This document shows, piece by piece, positions 1 through 11,700 of a stretch of DNA of 64,000 nucleotides. The stretch comes from Amoebophrya sp. A120 (Eukaryota > Protista > Dinoflagellata). Within the stretch, counting starts at the first letter, position 1, and every line of letters starts with the position of its first letter. The notes below the pieces were generated by a model, which was not told where the DNA came from, did not search any database, and worked only from the letters and a program-made list of their open reading frames with translations. The translations under genes and the position numbers were made by a program. Where the stretch lies: positions 10,709,655 through 10,773,654 of the forward strand of contig CAJINV010000004.1 in NCBI GenBank assembly GCA_905178155.1, read 5' to 3'.

Positions 1-3000
1 AGATTTGGATCCCCTGGAGAAAGCAGAGCAGCTGGCCAAGCGAGAGCTGGAGGAGAGTTTCAAGCTGCACGAGACCCCGGGCGACGACACCATGAAGAAG
101 GGCCTGTTCGGCCTGAAGTTTATGCAGGACGCCATGGCTATGGAAGTGTCAGAATCGAAATCAACAAAATCGAAATAATTTGTGATGCACAAAATCGATA
201 CCACTTGGAGCCTCAATTTCCAAGTGGCGCATGACAAATTTCGGGAGCGCCAAAATCCAGGCTGTCATGCTGTTTTGGCAAAGAAGACTGCTCCTGGCGT
301 GCTGCTCCGGCAGCACATCGCCTTCCCCTAATCAGGCTTGCAATCGGTCTCATTTGCCTACTCCCCAACACAGGCCTTCCTTGCCGTACATTTTACGCAT
401 TACAAATTTTTCGATTTTGTCGATTTCGATCCTGACACATCCATAATGGCCAAAAAGCGCGAGGAGTCGCAGAAGCAGGCCGCCGCGCTGCTGGGGGAGC
501 TCGGGAGGTGGCGGGAGGAAGCCGCGCCGACGAAAAAGGACCAGGACGAGGAGGTGGATCAGCGCAGTGACCACGACGACACGAGCTCCTGTGACGAGGA
601 AGGCGAAGACGAGGCGTTTTCGCACAAGGAACTCGCTGAGGCGGAAAAGGCGCTCGGCGCGCCGGGGAGCGGCGAAGAAGGTGCCGTGATACTGTCGTCG
701 ACATCTCCACCGTGTACTACAGGAGCGACGAGGACCTCTTCTGGCTCTAGTACAGGGAGGACCACGTCTTCGTGCAACACCTTGTTCATCGCGCCGGGGG
801 CCAGCACGACGGGGGCGAACAGGAGAAGCGGTGAAGCCACGGGAGTAGTCACGGTGAAGCGAGAAAAAGCAGGTAGCGTTGTACCTCCAGCACACGACCA
901 AAAAGGACGAACGGCACAAGAACTGCAGCAGACACACCCGGAAGGTGGTGAAAACTCGTCTGGCCAGCCGCCTGCAAGAGGGACCAGCGAGCGATCTGCA
1001 CCAGCGAAGTTCACGAGCGAGCCTCACGAGGATCGTGGAAGCGAGGGTGATAATAGCAGCGACAGCGAGGATTCCGAGGGCGATTTGCAGCAGGTGAAAA
1101 ATTATCCGGGGCAAATATGAAAGTTTTGGGTCCAGGATATAAGTCCTGCTTACTTTATTTTTATACTCTTGTTGATATTGTCTGAGTCTGTGTCACGCCT
1201 AAACTCTAATTCTAAGCGATGGCGCAATGAATTTTTAGATGAGCAGCACTAGGCTAGGCTACATTTTTGGCATGATTGTTACCCAGCGGTGGCTATTAAG
1301 CATGACAAATTGTCGCACGACGCCGTCGTGTCGTGCATATTGCATGAGCAACAGCAATTGTATTTCCAAACCACAATCAAGCACCGGCTTTGCTGCAAAA
1401 ATCACAGGCATCACAGAATGCACAGTCATTTTGCAAGAACAACAGCGGCATCATTCAACTGTGTCAGACCGCCCAGAGAAATCATGATTTGCCATGCATA
1501 AGAACCCCTTTGCTCAAGTGGACCGCGCGGACGCCGACAACGCACAGCTGATTCGCTCCGCGTTTGCCACGTTTGTATCAAAATGAAAAAACGGCATCCC
1601 CCCATACTCAAACAAATTTCCCGTTTCTTTGTATCAGCACGTTTTGTGAAGATGAGGATGACATAGCAGTTTGGCATATGTGAAGGGTACTACTGCAGAC
1701 GTGGCCTCTACCCATTTTGTCTGGCATGGAAAAGCAAAAGCGTTGCGTGTTCCGCATGACAGAAAACCATTGAAGTGCCTGAGTAGCGCCGCAATTAGTT
1801 GCCTGCAACCCAGGTCGCAATTTTATGTCTGTTTGCCTCCTAGCAAGAATGCAACAAGTCGACTTGTTTTACTGCTGTTTTTAACAAATTCATCACCAGA
1901 AATCTCCTTTCCTAGAAAAACAAATCCGTGCCGTTTGAATATGGGGATGGGGGATGATGTTTCCCCGCAATAATTTGGGGAAGACAACCAGACGGACTTT
2001 GATCGGGACATCAATCAGCAGCGCGAGGACCGTATCAAATGCAAAAATGTCTGGGTCTGGAAACTTGTAATGCTAAAAATGAATGATAGACGCACTGCAA
2101 TACGCAGCTATGCATGACAAATTTTTTGACTGCCATGTGTTACGCATTCCGCATGGCAAACTGCGTTTTTGCATGACAGGTAAGAGGGCCTTGTCGTGCC
2201 TATGCAACACAGATTCTCGAGTCATGCCAGACAAGCATGACAAACTTGCATTCTTCCAGACCCAGACATTTTTACAGTTGATAGACCGGCAGAGCCGCGC
2301 CGAGGAACAGGCGAACAAGATGTCGGGCTGGGGCAGTTGGGCAGGCTATCCTGAGTAAAAACGTACCCACACCAGAGTCAGGATGAGGATTTTGCAACAC
2401 AAACCGAGGAGTTTTGTGAGTCACGCATGACAAGTTGCACTATGCAGTGTAGTGCAGGTTAGCAATTGCAGCCGCATCACAGATTCACCTGCTCACCCTG
2501 TTCACAGCATCACAAATTCCAAAACACGATTGGAAATGGCTCTCATGGGGATGCGCATTACAAGTCTTCCTGTCTTTGCAAATCTGCATTTTCACCCCCT
2601 CCCCGGGGGGAATATAAATTCGGGTGCACTGACAAAAAGAGGCGGAACGCAGCGAGGAGAGTTGCCTCGCTGTCGTTGCCGACCCAAGAAGGATCCGCAT
2701 CGTAGACGTACGCACACTGTGCAAAAGATCCAGTAGGTTTTTTTTTCGGCTGTCCCCCACTTCTTAGATTGTCGTCAAAGATTAGAGTAGTGCTATTCCA
2801 TTACCGCCTTCGCGATATTTTTTTAGCGGACCCCGCACATTATCCCTGATGCGTTTCCCGCTTAGTATTGAATGTCTTTGACTCAAACACATAAACGCGC
2901 CTTGCTACGGCACACCTCATCTGCCTAGTCGCCCCTAGGTAGGTGCAGGAATTTTCTGTGTGGGCTTTTTGTGCTGAATTATTCCAACAGGGGCTGCGTT

Positions 3001-4315
3001 TTTTTTTTCTGCCTTGCCAGCAGAGTTGTACAGATGGGGGGGAATTGACGGAAATGGAGCGAGACCTTGGTGACGGACCAGACGACAAGAGCGGAAATGG
3101 TACAAATCAAAAAAAAAAGATGGTGTACACGCGCACTGCTTAACTGTGTGAAAGGTGTCGGCCCTGATTGACCTGCTGCGGCAGGCAGGTGAATTCGTAG
3201 AACTGCGTCACATGTTAAGTAACGCCCACTGGCCTCCTAGAAGAATAGTGATGAATTTATATGCGTTTTTTCAGCGTGGGGCCCAATGAAAAAAAAAAAA
3301 AATCTGCATTACAACTCTGGCGTGGGTACGTTTTTACTCAGGATACAGGCGTGGGCCTGGAGACAACGTCCGCGGCCAAGCGGCGCAAGGTGGTAACCAC
3401 GCTGAACCCCGTACGGATTGCAAACATGTCTGGGTCTAGGACATTGCCAGATCATCTGTCAACATGCCCGTGGTCCGACTACATGAGCACGACTCAAAAC
3501 CCTGTGATGCATGGGCAGCACGAAGTAGAGACTAGACCCGCTTTCGCTTATTTCCCGTCATGCAAAACAAGCGCAGCTTGCCCTGCGGAATAAGTATGCA
3601 ACACATTGTAGCCCAAATCTTTGTCAGGCTTGGCTGCGTAATAGTGCAGTGCGTCGAGGAGAAAAGCCATGGACTGTCGTCTAGCATTACAACAAGTTTC
3701 CTGACCCAGACATACTTTTTTCTTTGATAGCCCGCGACCGCGTGCAACACGCGGGTCACGGTATTGAACCAAGGGCAGCCCAGCAAGGCCTTCAGCGACA
3801 AGTACGAAGTGCAAAACTTGCCGCACCCGTTCCAGTCGAAAGAGCAGTACGAGACCGCGCTTGGGTACCCAAGAAAAAAAGGTTGTAGGTGTAACTCTCT
3901 TAATGTTGGGGGAACAGCATTACAAATGGCAAGATCATGAAGATAGCAGATGAAACCTGTTATGCGCAGAGAGATAGTAGTACGTCTACGTGAACAAAAC
4001 ACGACGCTTCAATCATGGACCCTACATTGCACGACCGGCATAAAGACAGACGCAATCATGATCAGTTGCATGTCGCGCATCACATAAAGTTACACCAACA
4101 ATGTTTTTTTCTTGGATATGGGGAAGGCACTGGGGAGCGAGTGGAACACGGGGAGTGTGCACAAGTACAAGATCCAGCCGCAGGTGGTCACCCGCCTGGG
4201 GGCGGTCGTCCAACCGCTTCGCTACATCAAACACGCCCCGGCCGAGGACCGCGACGAGATGCTGCAGGCCTGGTCCAAGAACCACAAGCCGAAGAAACCC
4301 AAGGCGCGCTTCTGA
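1..4315 (+). CDS. UTP14: U3 snoRNA-associated protein 14 (SSU processome), 3' part, 8 exons: <1-138, 451-1102, 1506-1575, 1978-2032, 2289-2346, 3351-3411, 3735-3865, 4124-4315
   Basis: Removing 7 TIR elements plus one copy of each 5-bp direct repeat gives one open frame with Utp14 motifs in the expected order: KGLFGLKFMQ, QLIRSAFA, MSGWGSWAG, KYEVQNLPHPFQSKEQYETALGKALGSEWNT, PQVVTRLGAVVQPL. Stop TGA at 4313-4315. Exact splice points are ambiguous within each 5-bp repeat. Confidence 0.9.
139..445. mobile_element. Introner/MITE-like intron 1 of UTP14 (TIR family C)
   Basis: ~50-bp imperfect TIR (TATGGAAGTGTCAGAATCGAAATC... / ...GATTTCGATCCTGACACATCCATA); perfect direct repeat ATGGC at 134-138 and 446-450. 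Confidence 0.9.
1103..1500. mobile_element. Degenerate introner-like intron 2 of UTP14
   Basis: TA...TA ends, weak TIR (GGCAAAT-ATGA / TCATGATTTGCC), flanks AAAAT/AGAAC; removal restores QVKNPFAQV. Confidence 0.7.
1576..1972. mobile_element. Introner-like intron 3 of UTP14 (TIR family D)
   Basis: TA...TA ends, subterminal CATCCCCCATACTCAAAC / GTTTGAATATGGGGATG, flanks GTTTG/ATTTG; frame restored (AFATFGEDNQ). Confidence 0.8.
2033..2283. mobile_element. Introner-like intron 4 of UTP14 (TIR family A)
   Basis: TIR TATCAAATGCAAAAATGTCTGGGTCTGGAA / TTCCAGACCCAGACATTTTTACAGTTGATA; perfect direct repeat GACCG. Confidence 0.92.
2347..3345. mobile_element. Introner-like intron 5 of UTP14 (TIR family B) with nested insertion
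   Basis: TIR TATCCTGAGTAAAAACGTACCCAC...; perfect direct repeat CAGGC; homologous over its full empty length to the inverted copy at 33586-33864. Confidence 0.92.
2591..3300 (+). mobile_element. Poly(A)-tailed retroposed insertion nested in intron 5
   Basis: Ends in an A-run (~3289-3302), is flanked by duplicated (A)AATCTGCATT, and is absent from the sister element at 33586-33864. Confidence 0.75.
3412..3729. mobile_element. Introner-like intron 6 of UTP14 (family A)
   Basis: TA...TA ends, ATGTCTGGGTC / GACCCAGACAT subterminal inverted repeat, flanks CCCCG/GCCCG; frame restored. Confidence 0.85.
3866..4118. mobile_element. Introner-like intron 7 of UTP14
   Basis: TIR TACCCAAGAAAAAAA..GGTGTAACT / AGTTACACC..TTTTTTTCTTGGATA, flanks TTGGG/TGGGG; joins YETALG to KALGSEWNT. 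Confidence 0.85.
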
Positions 4316-4319
4316 GGGA

Positions 4320-4655
4320 TATTGTGTGGAAAAATTCCCTCTCCCCATACTCAATAAATGGAAGATATGCGATGCCGATTTCTTTGTGCCCACAGATCAG
4401 CTTTGTCTTGCAAGAAGGCCGCAAGGGCAGAGGTGTGGGCCGCCTTTCTTTGGAGGCGATTTCGCATGCTGCTGGGCCTAGAACAGGGCTGTAGGCGTTT
4501 TCCATGCTAAAGAGTTAGACCCTCAACATGTTCCTAAACAGGCGGAGGACCTGGCTGCAGTCCCTTACTGCGAGACAGAGGGTATAATTTTTTTTCCTGC
4601 AACAGCAACTTGGTTTTGTTTTTGAATATCGGGAGGGGGATGTTTCATTTTGATT
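4320..4655. mobile_element. Family D element immediately 3' of the UTP14 stop codon
   Basis: Ends resemble those of 1576-1972 and 11634-11998; direct repeat AGGGA at 4315-4319 and 4656-4660. Confidence 0.7.
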
Positions 4656-4997
4656 AGGGACGACGACGAACCGGGTTTTATCCAACGACAGAACTTCTAG
4701 GGCGAGTGCGATACTCGTGCCATGTAAGAACAAGAAGTCCATCGCAAAGAGTATGCAAACATCCAAAGAAGTATCTACTTACTACTTCTACTAGTCGCAA
4801 GCTACCCTTGACCCACTCCGCACTAGAAACCAAAAGCAACACACAACAACGACCAGGCAGGCACCCCGCCGCACCCTCACGCACTCCCCACCGGCGCACA
4901 GCAAGGCGACAGTCCCAGTTGTGCAGACACAGCCGGGCCTCTAATGTTCTGGCCCTCGCCTCAAGCGCCCCCGTCTTTCTGAACCTCCAGCGGAAGT

Positions 4998-5656
4998 GCC
5001 CTAGCGGCCTAGCCTCGAGCCCTAGCGGCCTAGCCTCGAGCCCTAGCGGCCTAGCCTCGAGCCCTAGCGGCCTAGCCTCGAGCCCTAGCGGCCCAGCCTC
5101 GAGCCCCTGCGGCCTAGCCTCGAGCCCCTGCGGCCCAGCCTCGAGCCCTAGCGGCCTAGCCTCGAGCCCCTGCGGCCCAGCCTCGAGCCCTAGCGGCCGA
5201 GCCTCGAGCCCCAGCGGCCGAGCCTCGAGCCCTAGCGGCCGAGCCTCGAGCCCTAGCGGCCGAGCCTCGAGCCCTAGCGGCCTGCCTAGCCTAGCCCCAA
5301 GCCCTAGCGGCCTGCCTAGCCTAGCCCCAAGCCCTAGCGGCCTGCCTAGCCTAGCCCCAAGCCCTAGCGGCCTGTCTGGCCCCGAGCCGGCCCTAGCGGC
5401 CTGCCTAGCCCCGAGCCCTAGTGGCCTGCCTAGCCTCGAGCCCTAGCGGCCTGCATTCATAGCCTCGAGCCCTAGGTAGTGGCCTGCCTAGCCTCGAGCC
5501 GGCCCTAGGTAGTGGCCTGCCTAGCCTCGAGCCCTAGCGGCCTGCCTAGCCTCGGTCCCTAGCGGCCTGCCTAGCCTCGAGCCCTAGCGGCCTGCCTAGC
5601 CCCGAGCCCTAGCGGCCTGCCTGGCCCCGAGCCCTAGCGGCCTGCCTAGCCCCGAG
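4998..5656. repeat. Minisatellite, 21-bp unit GAGCCCTAGCGGCCTAGCCTC with 25-30-bp variants
   Basis: Tandem copies read directly; 7-aa periodicity (SPSGLAS) in the overlapping ORF. Confidence 0.95.
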
Positions 5657-5689
5657 ACTCATTGGTCCGCGGCCTTCCCCGCCTCGCGC

Positions 5690-7345
5690 CGGCGCGGAGG
5701 TTCCGGGGACCGCGGGGCCCGGAGGTTCCATCCGGGGACCGGGGGACCCGGGGGTTTCGGGGGCCGTGGGGCCCGGAGGTCGGAGGTTTCGCGGACCCCG
5801 GGACCCGGAGGTCGGAGGTTCCGGGGACCCCGGAGTTCGGACCTTCCGGGGACCCCGGAGCCTGGGGGTTTCGTTGACCCCGGGACCCGCAGGTCGGAGG
5901 TTTCGGGGGCCGCGGGGCCCGGAGTTCGGAGGTTTCGGGGACCGCGGGGCCCGGAGGTCGCTGGGGGGTTTCGGGGACCGCGGGACCTGAAGGTCGGAGG
6001 GTTCGGGGACCGCGGAGTTTGAAGGCTTCGGGGACCGCGAAGCCCGAAGGCCGGAGGTTTCGTTTCGCGGACCCCGGGACCCGAAGGTCGGAGGTTTCGG
6101 GGACCCCGGAGCCCGGAGGTCGGAGGTTTCGGGGAACCCGGGACCCGGAGGGCGGAGGTTTCGGGGACCCCCAGACCCGGAGGTCGGAGGTTTCGGGGAC
6201 CCGCAGACCCGGGGGTCGGAGGTTTCGGGGACCCGGAGGTCGGAGGTTTCGGGGACCCCGGGACCCGGAGGTCGGAGGTTTCGCGGACCCCGGGACCCGG
6301 AGGTCGGAGGTTTCGGGGACCCCGGGACCCGGAGGTCGGAGGTTTCGGGGACCCCGGGACCCGGAGGTCGGAGGTTTCGGGGACCCCGGGACCCGGAGGT
6401 CGGAGGTTTCGGGGACCCCGGGACCCGGAGGTCGGAGGTTTCGGGGACCCCGGGACCCGGAGGTCGGAGGTTTCGGGGACCCCGGGACCCGGAGGTCGGA
6501 GGTTTCGGGGACCCCGGGACCCGGAGGTCGGAGGTTTCGGGGACCCCGGGACCCGGAGGTCGGAGGTTTCGGGGACCCCGGGACCCGGAGGTCGGAGGTT
6601 TCGGGGACCCCGGGACCCGGAGGTCGGAGGTTTCGGGGACCCCGGGACCCGGAGGTCGGAGGTTTCGGGGACCCCGGGACCCGGAGGTCGGAGGTTTCGG
6701 GGACCCCGGGACCCGGAGGTCGGAGGTTTCGGGGACCCCGGGACCCGGAGGTCGGAGGTTTCGGGGACCCCGGGACCCGGAGGTCGGAGGTTTCGGGGAC
6801 CCCGGGACCCGGAGGTCGGAGGTTTCGGGGACCCCGGGACCCGGAGGTCGGAGGTTTCGGGGACCCCGGGACCCGGAGGTCGGAGGTTTCGGGGACCCCG
6901 GGACCCGGAGGTCGGAGGTTTCGGGGACCCCGGGACCCGGAGGTCGGAGGTTTCGGGGACCCCGGGACCCGGAGGTCGGAGGTTTCGGGGACCCCGGGAC
7001 CCGGAGGTCGGAGGTTTCGGGGACCCCGGGACCCGGAGGTCGGAGGTTTCGGGGACCCCGGGACCCGGAGGTCGGAGGTTTCGGGGACCCCGGGACCCGG
7101 AGGTCGGAGGTTTCGGGGACCCCGGGACCCGGAGGTCGGAGGTTTCGGGGACCCCGGGACCCGGAGGTCGGAGGTTTCGGGGACCCCGGGACCCGGAGGT
7201 CGGAGGTTTCGGGGACCCCGGGACCCGGAGGTCGGAGGTTTCGGGGACCTCGGGACCCGGAGGTCGGAGGTTTCGGGGACCCCGGGACCCGGAGGTCGGA
7301 GGTTTCGGGGACCCCGGGACCCGGAGGTCGGAGGTTTCGGGGACC
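5690..7345. repeat. Minisatellite, 32-bp unit GGGGACCCCGGGACCCGGAGGTCGGAGGTTTC
   Basis: Near-perfect tandem copies from ~6250 to 7340, degenerate from 5690 to 6250. Confidence 0.97.
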
Positions 7346-7764
7346 GCGGGGAAAGGTCGCAGAGGTTTTGGTCGGGAGGTTTCGGGGGTTGGGGTTGAAG
7401 GTCGCGGGAGTTGTTGGTGGAGGTTTCTGGAGGTGTGCGTTAAAATTTTTTGTTCTATACTTATCATTATGGCTACGTACGACTCCAATTATAGCATTGT
7501 TCCCAACAAAACCAACAAAAAACATCTTGGTCTTGCGATATTCAAAACACGGAGTTCTTTTACAAAAACAATCAAGTTATAGCCAAAAAACCACCTCGAC
7601 AGCTGCAGGTCTGCGAATCAGATGAGCACACGTTGGAAAATAAAATCATTCCAACAGATAAACATCGCATTGTGCTGCACCCGCCACCAGGATGTTCTCA
7701 TCAGTACGAGCGCTTGGTGCCACGACAGAAGTTTCGTTGCCTGTTTCGGTTTGTGTAAAAAAAT

Positions 7765-8753
7765 TATCCTGTCGTAAAAATGTACCCATGCTATTCCTGT
7801 AGTGAAAATGTACTAGTACCGACGCCAGTTGCAAGCTCTGCAGCACAAAATGGCGCACGACAAGAAATTCCTTTTCTCTACTGCAGTGTTGTGCAGCCGC
7901 TTAGCAAGGGTAGCCGCAGCACAGCAAAGCCATCGTTTGGTTTTGTCGTGTCTACAGGAATGTTGAACATTATGTCAAGACACAACTACTAGTGGAAATG
8001 CGCCTGCTTCGGCTTCTGGTGGGTAGGCGCAATTTACACGAGTTTCCTGCAGGAGGGGCGAATCTGGTTCCGGTTCTGGACAACTGTTGTGTATGGGTAT
8101 TTGTTTTTACACAGGATAAAGTCCGTCATTTCCGTTTCCTCCTCGGTTTCTTGAGAGTGTGGATTGCAAATATGTCTCGGACGTCCTCTGGACACTTATG
8201 AAGCTAATTTCTACGTGGTGAGGACGAGGAGTCACGCATGACAAATGTTTGAGCTGCTAGGTCGTCCGTAAACCGCATCAGAAGTTGCAATGTTGCATGG
8301 CTACAAAGAACGCATAGGCACGACAGGTTTTTCCCTCCTGTCAGCCAAGCATGTTGACAAACATCACACCCTTGTTCCAGATCCAGACGCATTTGCATTT
8401 GACCGAGAGCAGAGCGCGTTTACTTATGTCAGACTGACAACAACTCATGTACGCGGTTGTATCAAATGCAAATATGATGTCATCTGGGTCTGGATGTCAT
8501 TTGTCATGCATCTTCTGGACCACAGAGACAGACACAGTCAGCTGGAATGCACACAAAAGCATCACGAGTCTTGCCCGCCTCTTGATGCCTGACCCGCATG
8601 AGAATTTTTCTAGTTTGGTATTTGTGTAAGCAAGAACAAATGGGCATCAACCTTTGGCGTTCAGGCAACACAATCTGTCCGTGCTCGGGCTTTCTTTGCA
8701 TGACAAGTTTGGTGTATCCTTCCAGGCCGACCCAGACATATTTGCAATGCATA
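7765..8753. mobile_element. Three introner-like elements (7765-8118 family B, 8158-8404 family A, 8460-8753 family A) upstream of the putative start of gene 2
   Basis: Family-typical TIRs; 8158-8404 has perfect direct repeat GAGAG but mutated ends (TG...CC). Confidence 0.7.
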
Positions 8754-8777
8754 CGGGGAACACCCAAACAAATCAGG

Positions 8778-11700
8778 ATGGACCGCGTCACCCTCATCCA
8801 TCTTCCACGAGGCTGTGGTCTATCCTGAGGGCCAACGTTCCCACTCCTGTCTGTCATGCAAATCTGCATGCCGAATGCTAATCCCACCCTAATAATGCAT
8901 GCCTAAGCCCACCCTAATGCCTAAGCCCATGCAAATCTGCAACATGCCTAAGCCTAATAAGATACAAAAAAGACGTGTCCGATGCGCAGCCAAAACCACA
9001 GGCTAAACAATGCAATTTTCGCAGTTCGCTCCGGCTACAGTGATCTGTCCAAACTTTATTTTTGATTTTGCTTTTACATTGCAATACGTGCTCTCTGGGC
9101 GGAGGTTATCGAGCTGCAATCAGGATGAAGCCGCGATGGATTTGTGGCTTCACTAAAAGCTGAACACGGCTACACTAGCCGAACACGGGGATGGATTTGT
9201 GATGCAGCTACACTAGCTGAACACGGCTACTGCACCGCGAGCCCGGAGAAACTTGTCATGCGCAAAAAGCGATAGCTATTACTTTGTGTAGCAGATGTAG
9301 AATGCCCATCTTGTTGTTGACTCGAGGGTGGGGAATTTTTTTCACAGGATACGATCGGAAGAATACAACTGATTCGCACCGTACGCGCAAAGCGCCTCCA
9401 TGCGTCGGCAGAAGCGGAGGTCCATTCTACGGTGGTTTTTTGTTGACGCTCGTGCTACGCTATCGATTGCAAATTACTTCTACGTCTGGATCAGGTCGAA
9501 GAATGCAGCTTGTGACGCTGCTTTCGGATTCTCCAAAGATCTGTGTTGCCTGAGCGGCAAGCCGAAGTTTTGCAACGAGGAGAGCAGTGCATCTCCTCCT
9601 GCGGTATATAGGCATCAAGACGCACTGAGAAAATCTGTGATGTGCAGCTAGGGCTTACATCGCAGACATTTTGGGGCAACATGTAAGATGTGCAAGAGAA
9701 ACGTCGCACTTTTCCAGACCCCGTAGCATGGTCTTGTTTCGAGACAAAACACCAGACGTGTTTGCAATGCATATGTGCGCTGCGACCTTGGCGGGCTGCA
9801 ATCGTGACGGTAGCGAGCAGTCTCGTGGCACTTTTGAGGACGACAGTGGCCCTTTTGAGGACGAGGGACAGCACGACCGGTCTGGGGGCGTTGCGTCTCG
9901 CGCGCAGGCGAGCGTCAAAAATGCGGGGACAGGTGCCCGCGGGCTGCGCAAACGCCGGAACGACGACGGCAGCCGGAACCCGGAGCGCAGGAACCTACGG
10001 CGGCCGCGCTCCTTTGTGCAACTGGCAGAAGGGCACGGGATTGATACCTCCACGACCCAGCACACCGGGGCCGCGGCGATCGACTCCGCGGCAGATCAAA
10101 ATTTCATAGGAAAGGATATGACCTGCTCAAACGGTACAATCTCAAACGTTACAATAGAATCTGGATTTTGTATTGCATGACGAGCATGACAGACTCGGAC
10201 AGCATTCCACTTTCTGCATTACAAATTTCGCCAGAGCTGTGCAGTGCGGTTTCGGACTGCGGAACTTGTCATGCGCAATCCTACGAGAGTTGGCCAGATA
10301 ATGCACCTCTTGCATCTTCACAGATTTCGATATTCTATTGTAACGTTTGAGATGGTAACCACGCCTGAGCAGGTTATAAAGGATGGGACGCCTATCGTGC
10401 GGGGCACACGGCAGTGGACACGGCACTACTGGAAGCAGCAGACGCAACTGAAAATAGGGTGGACGAAGTTCTTCCTGGAGAAATTTGTGCCGGGTTGCAA
10501 AGCGTGGGCCCTTGGCCTTCGGTTTGACCGGTCTCGAAAGGTTGGGAGCTGGTACTCTGGGGGCGGAGCCCTGGGCTGGATTCGTGACAGTCTGACAAGA
10601 ACGTCTGCGAGCAGCGCTCTTCAGGTTGGCGAGTCCACCGAATTCGGGCCTCCGGACTCTGCCGCGATTGGTGAAGGCAATAAAGCCCTCGGAGTTGATG
10701 TATCGTGGCAGCCTAATTTTGGCACGAGCGCGGCACCACAGGACGGATCCTCCTACAGTCGCAGCTCTTTCGTTGCGACGTCCGGCACTACAGCATCGCC
10801 GTCCGCCCAGCAAACTGCGCCCGACCAGTACCTGGGCACGATTGACTTCGACGCCACCCTCTCGAACCTGTTGCGCGCTAGCCTGCCGTTTCTGACGGCG
10901 ATTGGGGCCCGCTCGGAGGTCACGTCGCAGGACCGGAAAAGCGGTGGTGTATTCTTTCAGGATTCTATCCTGAATAAAAACGTCCCCAGCCCAGAGTCAA
11001 GATGGCGACTTTGCCACGGAAAGCAGCGAGTTTTGGCTGTTGCGCATGACAAATTTGGACTTGTAGTGTAGTGCTGATTGAGGTTCTGAAGCCGCATCAC
11101 AAATCACCTACCTTATGCTAATTCCAGCATGACGCATGCACATCCCCGAGATAGCATTAGAAATTCAAATTGCTCCTCAGCGGATTGCGCATTAGAAGCA
11201 TTTTCATTTTTGGCATACCATTTGTGCATGACAACTCTAGGGTCTGGGGACGGTGTTACACAGGATAGGTTCGGTGCACGGTCTAGACGGGATTTCTCTA
11301 TCCGCTGCAGCCATGTCTGGGTCCTGAAAACTGCAACTTGTAAATGCTAGTCTTACAACATTTCTGATCTTGCGCAATGTGTATCTCTATCTATTGGTAC
11401 TGCAGGTCCAACAAAAGCGTATGAAGAAATGTAGTGCTGCAAACTTGGCTGCACCCATTCGGAAACGGTTGCATCGTCCACAGTGCCGCATCACAACTTT
11501 CCAGATCCCGGTTACATATTTGCATTTCATATGCCCCCTACTATCACCAAATGGGGTACCAAGCTGCAACGTCGGCCTTTGTGGAGCAGTCGCGTGGGCT
11601 CGCCGCCAACGAGATCGGGGCGGTGCTGTCCGCTATCAGAATGAAAAATCCCCCCTCCCCATATCAAGACGAAGTTTCTAATGCTGGATGTGCGTACACA

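Noticed and set aside
1094-1238. Canonical GT-AG intron (CAG|GTGAAA ... TTTTTAG) in UTP14
   Set aside because: The downstream sequence would not give Utp14-like protein; the TA...TA element 1103-1500 restores the conserved frame
4706-5446. 246-aa Ser/Pro-rich ORF
   Set aside because: Produced by the 21-bp tandem repeat
5609-7525. Long ORFs of 459-638 aa on both strands
   Set aside because: Translations of the stop-free 32-bp minisatellite; open in several frames with 32-aa periodicity
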